From IMG/VR virus record IMGVR_UViG_3300025934_000015, positions 1 through 64,000 of that record: 64,000 bases of DNA. One strand, written 5' to 3'. This document shows, piece by piece, positions 47,746-57,679 of the stretch. Within the stretch, counting starts at the first letter, position 1, and the number at the start of each line of letters is the position of its first letter. The translations under genes and the position numbers were made by a program. Source of the DNA: a virus. Taxonomy: Duplodnaviria; Caudoviricetes. The notes under the pieces are model-generated. The model worked only from the letters and a program-made list of their open reading frames with translations, did no database searches and had not been told where the DNA came from.

Positions 47746-49561
47746 CGTCGTGGTCCACGCGGACTTTCAGCCGACACCATCGCAGATGCCTGCGTCGATG
47801 AAGACGGCGGAACTCCGTGCGGCCACCTCGGTCCTCCTGGAGCGCATGCAGTTTCTGCGCGCCGCGGGCATGTCCTTCAATGGCCTGCGGGATCTCTACA
47901 ACATCCTCGGCTATCCCCGTGTCATTTCCCCGGCCCAATACCGGGACCGCTACGCACGCGGCGGCATTGCCGGGCGCGTGGTGGACGCTATGCCCAAGGC
48001 GACATGGCGCGGCGGCGTCGAGATCATTGAGGACGAAGATCCGGAAGTCTCGACGACCTTCGAGGAAACCTGCGCCGCGTTGATGACCCGGTTGAAACTG
48101 ACGCAGGTCTTTCAGCGGCTCGACATCCTCGCCCAGCAGTGCCGCTATGGCGTACTGCTTCTCGGCGCGCCCGGCGATTTCAATCAGGAACTGCCGAAGG
48201 GTAAACCGGAACAGTTGGTCTATGTGACGCCGTTTGCCGAAGAAGATGCGCGCGTCATGGAGTGGGAGCTGGACGAACACAACCCCCGCTTCGGCCAACC
48301 CACGCACTACCAACTCAGTCGTCTGACCGCGAACTCTCTGGCCAACATCGGATCGTGGGGCGTGCCTGCGTTTAGTCCGGCTGCGTTGCAACAGCCCGTC
48401 CACTGGAGTCGCGTCATTCACGTCCCGGCTGAGGGAATTCTCGACAACGAGGTGTTTGGTCCGCCCGCCCTGGAACGTGTGTGGAACCTGCTCGATGACC
48501 TCGACAAGGTCATTGGTGGTGGTGCCGAGGCCTTTTGGCTGCGCGCCAATCAGGGCCTGCATCTGAACATCGACAAGGATACGGCCAACGTCAAGCCGGA
48601 GGACCTGAAGGACCTGAAAGATCAGGCCGACGAATACCAGCATCAGATCCGCCGCATCCTCCGGACGCGTGGCGTAGACGTCAATGAGCTGGGGTCGGAT
48701 GTGGCCAACTTCAGTAACCCGGCGGATGCGGTGGTGACGCAGATTGCGGGATCCAAGGCGATTCCGAAGCGCATCCTGACCGGCAGTGAGATGGGCGAGT
48801 TAGCGTCGAGCCAGGACCGTGAGAACTTTCGCGACCAAGTGAACGGTCGCCAACTATCGTACGCCGAGCCCACGATCCTTCGGCAGTTCTTCGATCGACT
48901 GATTACCTACAAATACATCGTCGCGCCGAAGAAGGGCGCGGAAGCCTATCAGATCAAGTGGGCACATGTGCAAGTGCTCACCGAGCAGGAGAAGGCGGAA
49001 GGGGCGAGTAAGTGGGCGTCGGTCAATAACACGCAGGGTGCGCCCGTCTTCTTGAATCGCGAGATCCGCGATAAGTGGTACGCGATGCCGCCGCTCACGC
49101 CCGAGGAGATCCAGAAGGAAAAGGAATTGGCCAAGCCCCTGGAGCCGCCTGCGCCACCGCCGGGCGCGCCGGGCACGGTCGACGAAAACGGCAACCCCGT
49201 GGAACCGGGCAAGACGTTGCCGGGCAAGAATCCGCAGTCGCAGGGGCCGCGCGCGAAGGCCGAGGACGACACGGCGGACACGCCCGCAAAGGCCCGTGCC
49301 GCCGCGGACGCGGCGCAACTGGAACCGATCATTACGCTGTTAGAGCGCGCGTTGCGTGAGGGCAATACTGCGCTCCTTGATCAAGTGCTGGGCATCCGCC
49401 ATGAGACACAGCAAACGATCGTCTTACCAGACGTTACAATCCAGCCGCCTCCAGCAACCACGACCACCGTCCGCAAAGTCATCGAGTACGGCGACGTCCA
49501 CGGCACCGTCCGACCGATCGCGATCACCGAAACCACCGATAGTGGCGGCGACGCCGATTAA
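47738..49561 (+). CDS. Portal protein (DUF1073-like)
   Basis: Downstream of terL; YARGGIAGRVVD, PRFGQPTHY, VHWSRVIH, IPKRILTGSEMGELAS. Confidence 0.85.
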   Translation: MSNVVVHADFQPTPSQMPASMKTAELRAATSVLLERMQFLRAAGMSFNGLRDLYNILGYPRVISPAQYRDRYARGGIAGRVVDAMPKATWRGGVEIIEDEDPEVSTTFEETCAALMTRLKLTQVFQRLDILAQQCRYGVLLLGAPGDFNQELPKGKPEQLVYVTPFAEEDARVMEWELDEHNPRFGQPTHYQLSRLTANSLANIGSWGVPAFSPAALQQPVHWSRVIHVPAEGILDNEVFGPPALERVWNLLDDLDKVIGGGAEAFWLRANQGLHLNIDKDTANVKPEDLKDLKDQADEYQHQIRRILRTRGVDVNELGSDVANFSNPADAVVTQIAGSKAIPKRILTGSEMGELASSQDRENFRDQVNGRQLSYAEPTILRQFFDRLITYKYIVAPKKGAEAYQIKWAHVQVLTEQEKAEGASKWASVNNTQGAPVFLNREIRDKWYAMPPLTPEEIQKEKELAKPLEPPAPPPGAPGTVDENGNPVEPGKTLPGKNPQSQGPRAKAEDDTADTPAKARAAADAAQLEPIITLLERALREGNTALLDQVLGIRHETQQTIVLPDVTIQPPPATTTTVRKVIEYGDVHGTVRPIAITETTDSGGDAD

Positions 49562-49889
49562 GTGTCGTCTGGTCGAAGTCGATTGGGAACATGCGCAACC
49601 GGGAGATATGTTTTGGGTCACGTTTGCGGGCGGACACTGTGACACGCACGAGCCGCCCTGTGAGCGGCACTTATATGTGGTTACGCCTGACGGAAACTGG
49701 TGGGACATCGATGGACGTGCAGGCAATTGCACGATGAAGGACGATAAGGTGCACCATTGTTGGGTGCGGCACGGCGAGCCGCCCGCTATCACCGTGGACA
49801 AACAGGGCGTGACCTGTGCCGTTGGCGCAGGTTCTATTCAATCGTCCAACTGGCATGGGTTTTTGCGGAACGGGGAGCTAGTGCCGTGA
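49542..49889 (+). CDS. DUF6527-like small protein
   Basis: HCWVRHGEPPAITV...SIQ...WHGFLRNGEL; GTG start inferred. Confidence 0.6.
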   Translation: MAATPIKCRLVEVDWEHAQPGDMFWVTFAGGHCDTHEPPCERHLYVVTPDGNWWDIDGRAGNCTMKDDKVHHCWVRHGEPPAITVDKQGVTCAVGAGSIQSSNWHGFLRNGELVP

Positions 49890-50314
49890 TCGCGGATCTG
49901 ACGAAAGTCGATGTCTATGTCCGTGACCTTGCGGCCGGACTCCATAATGGCGCGATCAACGCCGATACGGATACGTTGGCGGTGTTTCTCACCAACGATG
50001 TGATCGACAAAGCCCTCGTCGCGGTCAAGAGTGACGTTACGGAAATTGCGACCGGCAATGGCTACGATGGTCCTGTCGATACGCATAACTCCGCCGCCCG
50101 CATTGATGGCGTGATCTATGTCGGCGCGATCGACATCCTGCTGATTGGCACCGGTCCAGGGGCGTTTGGTCCGTTCCGCAACGCCGTGCTGTGTAACCTG
50201 ACGGCACCAGGGCAACCGATCATTGGTTACTGGGACTATGGCGCGTCCATTAGCGTTTCGATGGGCGAACAGTTTGCGCTGACCTTCGGGGATGCGCTGT
50301 TGGTGGTGGGCTGA
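49886..50314 (+). CDS. Putative virion structural protein
   Basis: DTDTLAVFLTN...EIATGNGY...GPFRNAVL...IGYWDYG pattern common in tail-associated proteins. Confidence 0.65.
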   Translation: MIADLTKVDVYVRDLAAGLHNGAINADTDTLAVFLTNDVIDKALVAVKSDVTEIATGNGYDGPVDTHNSAARIDGVIYVGAIDILLIGTGPGAFGPFRNAVLCNLTAPGQPIIGYWDYGASISVSMGEQFALTFGDALLVVG

Positions 50315-50532
50315 TGTATCTGACCGTGCGCACGCAGACGGGCGGCGAAGTGCTCTGTAACTCGGACCACATCGTCGCCGTGCAGATTCCGAGTGTCGTC
50401 GACAATGACCCGCAGTGCAAAGTGTTTCTCTACGGACCCGTCATGCTCGGCGTGACGCATGCGGAAGCCGAACGGGTGCGAGATATTCTTGTGTCGTATC
50501 AAGCGACGCCCATGATGAAACCTGGGAACTAA
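50314..50532 (+). CDS. Hypothetical protein
   Basis: TGATG coupling with the upstream gene. Confidence 0.55.
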   Translation: MYLTVRTQTGGEVLCNSDHIVAVQIPSVVDNDPQCKVFLYGPVMLGVTHAEAERVRDILVSYQATPMMKPGN

Positions 50533-50534
50533 CG

Positions 50535-51566
50535 ATGTCCCTGCGCTACGACGAACCCGCCACCGGCCAGGACGTCGAGACCGACGTCGTCGGCGGCAAA
50601 AACGTGCAGGTCATGAAGATGGCGTTCGGGCTGTCGGCGGAGAGCCAGCGTGTCGACGAGACCGCGCCTCTGCCGGTCACGACCTCCCCGGCAGGCAGTA
50701 CGTCGTGGGGACAGGCCACGTACACGGGCGGTTTCGGAGAAGTGATTCGTTTTGCGGTTCCAGCGGCTACACAATGGCTCCTCTTGTCCATCGAGAGCGC
50801 GTCGATGGACGCCGCACTGCAAGCCCAGTTCTCGATCGACGGGGGCACGACGTTCGGTGTTGTCGGGATTGCGATGTTGCGTGAGGTCACGCAACAATTC
50901 GGCTATGCCTTCATTGACTGGCGGACCGGCTATGATGGTGGGGCGAAGCCCTCTCGATGGACCGTCATTGGCCCAATGCCGCCATGGATCACACACTTCC
51001 GCATCAATGTGACTGGTGGTGCTGGGAGTGGGTCGTCGGTCTTCCGGATCGCGGCCATGGACAAGTCGTGGGATATCTCCTCGCTTGCCGTGGGTGCGCC
51101 GACCTCCGGGGCACTTGGGGGCGTGCAGATCTCCGGCTACGACGCAGGCAGCTCACAGAGCAAGTTCATTCCGACGTTCGACAAGTTCAACATCGATGAT
51201 ACAGGCTCGAACGGCCTTGCGGTGGCGTTGGTGACGATGTCCTCAGGACTGACCTTCCGTACCCGGTCCGCGCCGGTCACAACGCTGTTCGATTCGGAGC
51301 TACTCGATATTCCCGTGGGATCTCCGGCGACTGTGGTGACGGGCACGGTGTACGCGGATGTGGTCGTGTTGGTCAACACGACGACGGAGTTGCAAGACTT
51401 TACGCTCACGGATATTTCTGGTCCGCCGCGTGACTATGGCGGGGAGGATCTGCGGCCAAACGAGTGTCGTGTGCTGCCACTCTACGGACTCAAATTCAAC
51501 GGTGGGATCAAGGCCGGAGCGCTGAACGCGGGACTCAAGATTCAGGTCAAGGGGTGGCAGGCATGA
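50535..51566 (+). CDS. Beta-rich putative virion/decoration protein
   Basis: Gly/Thr/Ser-rich; located in the structural region. Confidence 0.6.
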   Translation: MSLRYDEPATGQDVETDVVGGKNVQVMKMAFGLSAESQRVDETAPLPVTTSPAGSTSWGQATYTGGFGEVIRFAVPAATQWLLLSIESASMDAALQAQFSIDGGTTFGVVGIAMLREVTQQFGYAFIDWRTGYDGGAKPSRWTVIGPMPPWITHFRINVTGGAGSGSSVFRIAAMDKSWDISSLAVGAPTSGALGGVQISGYDAGSSQSKFIPTFDKFNIDDTGSNGLAVALVTMSSGLTFRTRSAPVTTLFDSELLDIPVGSPATVVTGTVYADVVVLVNTTTELQDFTLTDISGPPRDYGGEDLRPNECRVLPLYGLKFNGGIKAGALNAGLKIQVKGWQA

Positions 51567-54247
51567 GCGTGCGCCCTGCCAAGATCGTCTTCTGTGCGAT
51601 TGTGATTTTGTTCGTCATTCTGCTTCTGGCCTTGCGCGCGGACGCACAAGTAGGCCGGGCGAATGGATCGTTGGCGGCGGAAAACGCGGCGGTGACGATT
51701 GGCAACACCGGCCACGCTGCGCAAATCAGTATCTCCGTCGAGGGTACGTACGACGCCACAATCTGGTTTGAAGGCAAGGTCGATCTCGTCAACACGTTCT
51801 GGCGTCCGATGCAATGCTTCCGGCCAGACTCCCTGCCGCCGAATTCCAACAGTGGCACGATTCAAAACATCGCCGGCGAGCAGGGTGCGTATCTGTGCAG
51901 TGGCAGCGGGTTCCAGACCGTGCGAGCCCGCATGGAAAGCTACGTCAGTGGTACGGCCACGGTGATCGTGAAAGCGCTCGGGACCGCCTCCAGTGTAGCG
52001 GTCATGCCGAACATGTTGACCGTGCAGGTCTCGGGGCGTGTGCCGTCCTATCTCGTGACGTCGGCTGGGAGTAGCTTGGCGGTCAAGAATACGACCCCCA
52101 GCGCCGGCGACTTAGCGTTAGTCGTGCGGAATCTTCCCTCAGGCACACAGGACGTGAACGTCACGAATTTTCCAGCGACGCAAGCGGTCACTGGAACGTT
52201 CTGGCAGGCGACCCAACCGATTTCTGGTACGGTGACGGCCAATGCAGGCACCAATCTTAACACGTCAGCCTTAGCCCTCGATGCGACACTCACAGGCGGC
52301 ACGCAAACGACACGGGTTACTGACGGCACCAACACAGCCACCGTTAAGCCTGCGAGCACAGGTGCAGTGGCTACGGATAAGGCTCTCGTCGTTGCAATAC
52401 ATCCGTCAACGACTGTTGGTGTTACAGGCACATTCTGGCAAGCCACGCAGCCTATCAGTGGATCAGTTAGCGTCTCTAATTTCCCAGCGACCCAAGCCGT
52501 GTCCGGCACCTTCTGGCAGGCGACACAGCCGGTCTCGGGGACGTTCTGGCAGGCGACACAGCCGGTCTCTGGTGGCACGGCGACGAACACGGGACTGACG
52601 ACGGGCCTGCCAGTCCTGGCGGGCCGTGCGCAGACCAGTGCGCCGACGTTCACCGATGGCAACCTCGGGTATCTCTCCATGGATACCGCAGGGAGCCTGC
52701 GGACGGCCGTGCAAAACTTCCCCTCGTCGCAGACCATCAATGGGACAGTGACGATTGCCGGGAGTGGCGGCACGCCCGATGTGGTGACGTGTTGCGGGGG
52801 TCTCGGACGCGCCCTGGTCGTGGATGGCCACAACTTTACGCAACCGGTGTCGGGCACGTTCTGGCAGGCGACGCAACCGGTCTCTGGGACGTTCTGGCAG
52901 GCGACGCAGCCGGTGTCGATTGCGTCCATGCCATCGACCCCCGTCACCGGCACGTTCTGGCAAGCGACGCAGCCGGTCTCACTGACCACCCTTCCGGCGC
53001 TCACCGCAGGCACGGCGGTTATTGGGCACGTCATTAGTGATAGTGGATCGACCACCGCCGTGACCGGCAATGTGACAGCCGTGCAATCCACGGGGTCGAA
53101 TCTGCATGTCGTCGTGGATACTGCGCCGACGACTGCGGTGACATTGGCCTCGACAACGCTGACCGCGAATGCGGTTGTGTCCACGGTCAACAGTAGCACG
53201 GCGACCCTGGGCATCGGTGGGGTGTTCACCGGCACCAGCGAGGACATGACGGAGTACGCGGACATCCGCGTGACGGTGTTTGCCGATCAAGCCTCCGCGA
53301 CGGACGGTCTGTCAATCCAGCAATCCTCGAACGGCACAAATTGGGACGTCACCGACGTCTTTACGATTGCGGCTGGAGCTGGACGCACCTTTGCGATTGG
53401 CAGCTCTGCGAAGTTCTTCCGTGTGGTGTATACGAATGGCGGCGTGGCGCAGGGCGCATTCCGTCTCCAAACTATCTTCCACAAAACGTTTCATAAGCCT
53501 TCCACGAATCGTCCAGCCGACGCCCGTACGAATGAGACAGACACAGAGGAAAATACCTCGTTTCTCATGGGCTACAACGGTACGACGTGGGACCGTCTGC
53601 GCTCCACGACGGCCAATGGGTTGGCGGTGGATGTCACGCGCGTCCCCGCCAATCAATCCAGTAACCAGACCCAGATCAATGGCGTGGCCGTCTCTGTCGA
53701 TCGTGGTACGACGGATACCGGGACGCAGCGCGTGACGACTGCGCAGGATGCGACGTATGCGGCTTCGACGGCGGCGAAGACTGCTACCGCCGCAGGCACG
53801 GCGGCGTTTTTCGAGATTTGCGGCAGTGCCTCGAAGACCATTCGAATTCAGCGCATTGTGGTAAGCGGTACGGTTGCCACCGCAGCCATCTATGGCGATG
53901 TGCAGATTCGCAAGACCAGTAGTGCCGGAACGGGTGCGACCTCGACGACGTTAACGGCGGTGCCCTACGACAGTAACTCGGCGGCGGCAACGGCCACGGC
54001 GAAATTCAATACGGTCCTCCCGACTGGCGGGAATACCCTGGTCGGTAATATCTTTAGCCAGACGCTCTTTTTTCCGATTACAGGGACGGTGACATCTTTT
54101 CAGCCACAACTGCTGTACGTGTGGCGTGATTTGGATGCGGAGTCGCCGGTACTTCGTGGAACGGCGCAGTGCTTGACTGCCGGGTTTGGCACGACGCCGA
54201 CCAACGCGCCCACACTCTCGGTCAGTGTGGCGTGGACGGAGAAGTGA
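51563..54247 (+). CDS. Thr-rich fibre-like repeat protein with N-terminal signal-peptide-like sequence
   Basis: MSVRPAKIVFCAIVILFVILLLALRADA-Q; seven GTFWQATQP[VI]S repeats. Confidence 0.75.
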   Translation: MSVRPAKIVFCAIVILFVILLLALRADAQVGRANGSLAAENAAVTIGNTGHAAQISISVEGTYDATIWFEGKVDLVNTFWRPMQCFRPDSLPPNSNSGTIQNIAGEQGAYLCSGSGFQTVRARMESYVSGTATVIVKALGTASSVAVMPNMLTVQVSGRVPSYLVTSAGSSLAVKNTTPSAGDLALVVRNLPSGTQDVNVTNFPATQAVTGTFWQATQPISGTVTANAGTNLNTSALALDATLTGGTQTTRVTDGTNTATVKPASTGAVATDKALVVAIHPSTTVGVTGTFWQATQPISGSVSVSNFPATQAVSGTFWQATQPVSGTFWQATQPVSGGTATNTGLTTGLPVLAGRAQTSAPTFTDGNLGYLSMDTAGSLRTAVQNFPSSQTINGTVTIAGSGGTPDVVTCCGGLGRALVVDGHNFTQPVSGTFWQATQPVSGTFWQATQPVSIASMPSTPVTGTFWQATQPVSLTTLPALTAGTAVIGHVISDSGSTTAVTGNVTAVQSTGSNLHVVVDTAPTTAVTLASTTLTANAVVSTVNSSTATLGIGGVFTGTSEDMTEYADIRVTVFADQASATDGLSIQQSSNGTNWDVTDVFTIAAGAGRTFAIGSSAKFFRVVYTNGGVAQGAFRLQTIFHKTFHKPSTNRPADARTNETDTEENTSFLMGYNGTTWDRLRSTTANGLAVDVTRVPANQSSNQTQINGVAVSVDRGTTDTGTQRVTTAQDATYAASTAAKTATAAGTAAFFEICGSASKTIRIQRIVVSGTVATAAIYGDVQIRKTSSAGTGATSTTLTAVPYDSNSAAATATAKFNTVLPTGGNTLVGNIFSQTLFFPITGTVTSFQPQLLYVWRDLDAESPVLRGTAQCLTAGFGTTPTNAPTLSVSVAWTEK

Positions 54248-54687
54248 TGACGGACATTCAAGCCGGGCAAATTCTGCTGTTGATGACGACCGTGGGAGGA
54301 TTTATCGCGCAGGCATGGCGTGAGTCGCGCAATCGGCAGTGGGCCATTGCGGATCGGCGGGCTGAGTTGGATGCGCAGACCACGAAGATCATTGCGGAAG
54401 CCAACGCGCGGGCTAAGGCCCTGCTCATTGAAACCGAAACGAAGGCTAAGATTCTGCACTTGGAGCAACTGGCCAGGGCTGAGGAGATTCGGGTGCGCTT
54501 GGATACCCACGATGAATGGGAGCGTCAGGAACGACAGACGTCCGCCGATACGACCGCGCACGTGGTGGGTCTCATTCAAGACGCCAAGTCCGCGGCGCAG
54601 GGCGCGTTTACCGAAGCCAATCACGTGAACCTGAAAATTGCCGATCTCAATCGGCGGCTGCTTCATGAGGAGGAAAAGGGCTCGTGA
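54247..54687 (+). CDS. Membrane-anchored coiled-coil protein (possibly lysis-related)
   Basis: N-terminal hydrophobic segment followed by a charged helix. Confidence 0.55.
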   Translation: MTDIQAGQILLLMTTVGGFIAQAWRESRNRQWAIADRRAELDAQTTKIIAEANARAKALLIETETKAKILHLEQLARAEEIRVRLDTHDEWERQERQTSADTTAHVVGLIQDAKSAAQGAFTEANHVNLKIADLNRRLLHEEEKGS

Positions 54688-55541
54688 GTCTCCTCCTTTT
54701 CTGGTCGCCACGCGCGGCAACAGGTGTTTACACCTATGACGGCGAGATTGCGTGTCAGTCGAGCGTCACGGCCCTCGTTGTCGCCCTGGTGGAACCCGTC
54801 ACGGCGATCGCCGCGCAGTCCACCGTCTCGTCACCGGTATCGTTTACAGCCGTTCCCGACGCGGTGATCGCGGCGCAGTTTGGTGTCGTCTCACCATACA
54901 GCTTCACGCACGAATTCGTCACGGCAGGCGAGATTGCGGCGCAGTCTACGGTGGAATCGGCGTACAGCTTTACGCCCTCGAACACGATTGAACTGATCGC
55001 GCGTCCCGGTATCATTTTGACGACGGGACAGGCAGGTCTGACGTATACGCCCGTGGCACGGCCGGACACGGGTGGTGGGGGCATGGCGTGGCCCACGCCG
55101 CAGCGTGTACGTCGCGTACGCCCGCGCGAGCGTGTACCCGTCCTCGTGCATCGGACAATCGTCGCGCGCCCCGCGCGCGTACGCGTGCATGGCTCGGTCT
55201 GCGCATTCTACTTCCGGCGGTCGATCGTCGCCGGACCAGGGACCGTGACGGTTCGGGGCGGGGCCGTCACGGGCACGCTGGTCCGCGCCATCGTGGCCGC
55301 GCGCCCAGCCGGTCGCCAGCCGGTCCCGGCGGTCCGTGGGACGTTCCAGCGGACCATCCTGGCCCGTCCGGTCATGGTCCTCAGCCGCGCGTCTGGGACG
55401 GTCCAGTACCAGTCCGGGGTTATGGCCCAGGTTGGCCGGGTCTTGACCAGTGGCGCGCCTGCAACGCTCACCATCTCCAAACACCCGCGCTACGAAACGA
55501 TGTTCGCTGACGAGGAGTGGCTGCTCATGGAGGTCGCATGA
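54684..55541 (+). CDS. Hypothetical protein (acidic repeat N-half, Arg-rich C-half)
   Basis: Repeated IAAQSTVxS units; GTGA/ATGA overlaps. Confidence 0.6.
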   Translation: MSLLLFWSPRAATGVYTYDGEIACQSSVTALVVALVEPVTAIAAQSTVSSPVSFTAVPDAVIAAQFGVVSPYSFTHEFVTAGEIAAQSTVESAYSFTPSNTIELIARPGIILTTGQAGLTYTPVARPDTGGGGMAWPTPQRVRRVRPRERVPVLVHRTIVARPARVRVHGSVCAFYFRRSIVAGPGTVTVRGGAVTGTLVRAIVAARPAGRQPVPAVRGTFQRTILARPVMVLSRASGTVQYQSGVMAQVGRVLTSGAPATLTISKHPRYETMFADEEWLLMEVA

Positions 55542-57679
55542 CCCTCGAGCGTTTGGCCCATCTCCGCGCGTTCGCGCGCGTGCGCGCCTTGCAGGCGCAC
55601 GAGGTGCTCCGCACGCTCCAGAATGGTGACGTCCATACGTTCTCATCCACACAGGTGGACTTGCCGGACTCCTTAGCCGATGCCGTGCGGAGTCTCCAGG
55701 TCCTCATTCCGCCTGACCATCTGACGGCAGACGGCTACGAAAAGCGTCCGCATGTGACGGTCAAGTACGGCATCCACGACACGTCCCCGAAGGCGGCATC
55801 GGCCCTGGTCTCCAACACGGGACCCATCACGATGACGTTAGGGCCGACGGGTGTGTTTGAGGCCGATGACTACGACGTCGTCTATGTGTCGGTGGACTCG
55901 GACGCCCTGCGCCAGCTCAATGCGAAGATTTCGGCGGGTGTGCCCGTGACCGACACGCATCCCGAGTACACGCCGCATGCGACGGTGGCGTACGTGGAGA
56001 AAGGCCTCGGGAAGATCTACGACGGCAATCCCACGTTGAATGGGATGACTGCCACGGTAGACGCGTTGCGGTTTATCTCGAAGGACGGGACCGAGACACT
56101 GATTCGGACGGCGGGTGGTCCAGGCTCGGGCAACTTCGGCCATGGTGGACGTCCAGGACAGATTGGTGGATCGTCGAGCGACGAGGGTGTCGTTCATAAA
56201 ATTACAGGTCCCGGCATTGGCGCAGGCATGGCGTCTTATGATCCTGCACGACCTGTTACCGTCCATCACACAGATAAGCGCGATCAGAATTTCGAGATCA
56301 CTGGTCCGACGACCGGCAAAGTGCTTGTGCATAAGGATGATCGGGGATTTGTCGTAACGGATGCCCGTGGAAAACATCCGGACGAAGGCGGACGTCGATT
56401 CACACGTGTGCACCACGCGTATGCCACGAAGGATGAAGCCCTGGCCGTAGCGATCAAGCTGGCCAAAACGCGTGTCAATGATCTCGAAAATGCACATGAG
56501 TGGCCCGACGATGACGACCTCGAAACATTGGGTGGTCCCGGTTCCGGCAACTTCGGCCATGCCGGACGTCCCGGCGAAGTCGGCGGATCGTCCTCCGAAG
56601 ACGGATCCTCATGGAAGGACCCGGGTGGACAGAACCACTCGGGCGTCACGTGGAAGCAGCCGACCGATCCGAAGACCGGCCGTCCCATTCCGATCAAAGT
56701 GGACACGGTGGAGGACGCGGTCAAGCTAGTCTCGGAAGGGAAAGTCGTCGAGGTCAAGGACGTCAAGTCCGCCTACACCCTGATCGATAAACTGGCCGAA
56801 CTGTCACAGCAGGCCAAGGCCAACACCGGCAAGGAAATCGATTACGACCTCTGTCAGGTGACGGTCGCCGGGACCAACATGTTTTGTACCGAGTCCTTGC
56901 GTGAGGCTAAGGTCGGGACGAAGGAGTATAAGGAAGGCGTCCCCCGGATCGAGATGCCACAGTTGGCCGGTCTGCCCGAACCCGGATCCGAAGCCGACAA
57001 CCTGCCGAAAAATGCCAAGGGTGAAGTGGACGCCAGCGCGCACTTTATCCACTTCCTCCAAGGCATCGGCATGAAGACGACCCACGAAGAAGTGCCTGCG
57101 GAAAAACTCCGCGCGTCACAGCGCGAGTTAGTGGGCCAGAACGTGGGCGGCATGATGCGGAACAAGGACTTCGATCCCGCCAAGGATCCGATCTTCATCT
57201 CCAGTGATAACTACGTGGTGGACGGCCACCACCGCTGGGCCGCAACCGTCGGGCGTGACGCGGAAGATGGCCACCTCGGGGACTCCACGATGAAGGTCCG
57301 CCGCATCAACGCGCCGATCTCTGAAGTGCTGCATCTGGCGAATGAGTATTCGAAGCGCTTCGGCATTAAACAGAAGGGTGTTGGCGCAGGCGCGCGGCAC
57401 GCGGGTGGTTCTGGCTCAGGGAACTTCGGTCATAGCGGACGCCCTGGAGAAGTGGGCGGATCGGCCAATAAGGACTTCGAGTCCTACATGACTGCCAATC
57501 CCCACAAGAGCACGTTCGAGATTGGCATCGAAATTCCGCTCGAACGCAAGGGCAAGCCACAGATGGCGAAGTTAGTCCGCAAGGAACATCACGGCGAGGA
57601 GTGGCGCATTCATAACGAACGAGGCCAATACGTCTATTCCGAAGGCTTCCGCTACGTGACTGAGCATCGCAAGAAATGA
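55538..57679 (+). CDS. Polyvalent protein 1: 2H phosphoesterase, unknown module, ParB/Srx-like module, unknown module, with 3 linker peptides
   Basis: PHVTVKYG and PHATVAY (two HxT motifs); PIFISSDNYVVDGHHRWAA; GGAGG RBS. Confidence 0.85.
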   Translation: MTLERLAHLRAFARVRALQAHEVLRTLQNGDVHTFSSTQVDLPDSLADAVRSLQVLIPPDHLTADGYEKRPHVTVKYGIHDTSPKAASALVSNTGPITMTLGPTGVFEADDYDVVYVSVDSDALRQLNAKISAGVPVTDTHPEYTPHATVAYVEKGLGKIYDGNPTLNGMTATVDALRFISKDGTETLIRTAGGPGSGNFGHGGRPGQIGGSSSDEGVVHKITGPGIGAGMASYDPARPVTVHHTDKRDQNFEITGPTTGKVLVHKDDRGFVVTDARGKHPDEGGRRFTRVHHAYATKDEALAVAIKLAKTRVNDLENAHEWPDDDDLETLGGPGSGNFGHAGRPGEVGGSSSEDGSSWKDPGGQNHSGVTWKQPTDPKTGRPIPIKVDTVEDAVKLVSEGKVVEVKDVKSAYTLIDKLAELSQQAKANTGKEIDYDLCQVTVAGTNMFCTESLREAKVGTKEYKEGVPRIEMPQLAGLPEPGSEADNLPKNAKGEVDASAHFIHFLQGIGMKTTHEEVPAEKLRASQRELVGQNVGGMMRNKDFDPAKDPIFISSDNYVVDGHHRWAATVGRDAEDGHLGDSTMKVRRINAPISEVLHLANEYSKRFGIKQKGVGAGARHAGGSGSGNFGHSGRPGEVGGSANKDFESYMTANPHKSTFEIGIEIPLERKGKPQMAKLVRKEHHGEEWRIHNERGQYVYSEGFRYVTEHRKK

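Noticed and set aside
52190-52985. Diversity-generating retroelement template/variable repeats in the fibre gene
   Set aside because: Repeats are short in-frame peptide repeats without adenine-specific mismatches; no reverse transcriptase in the window
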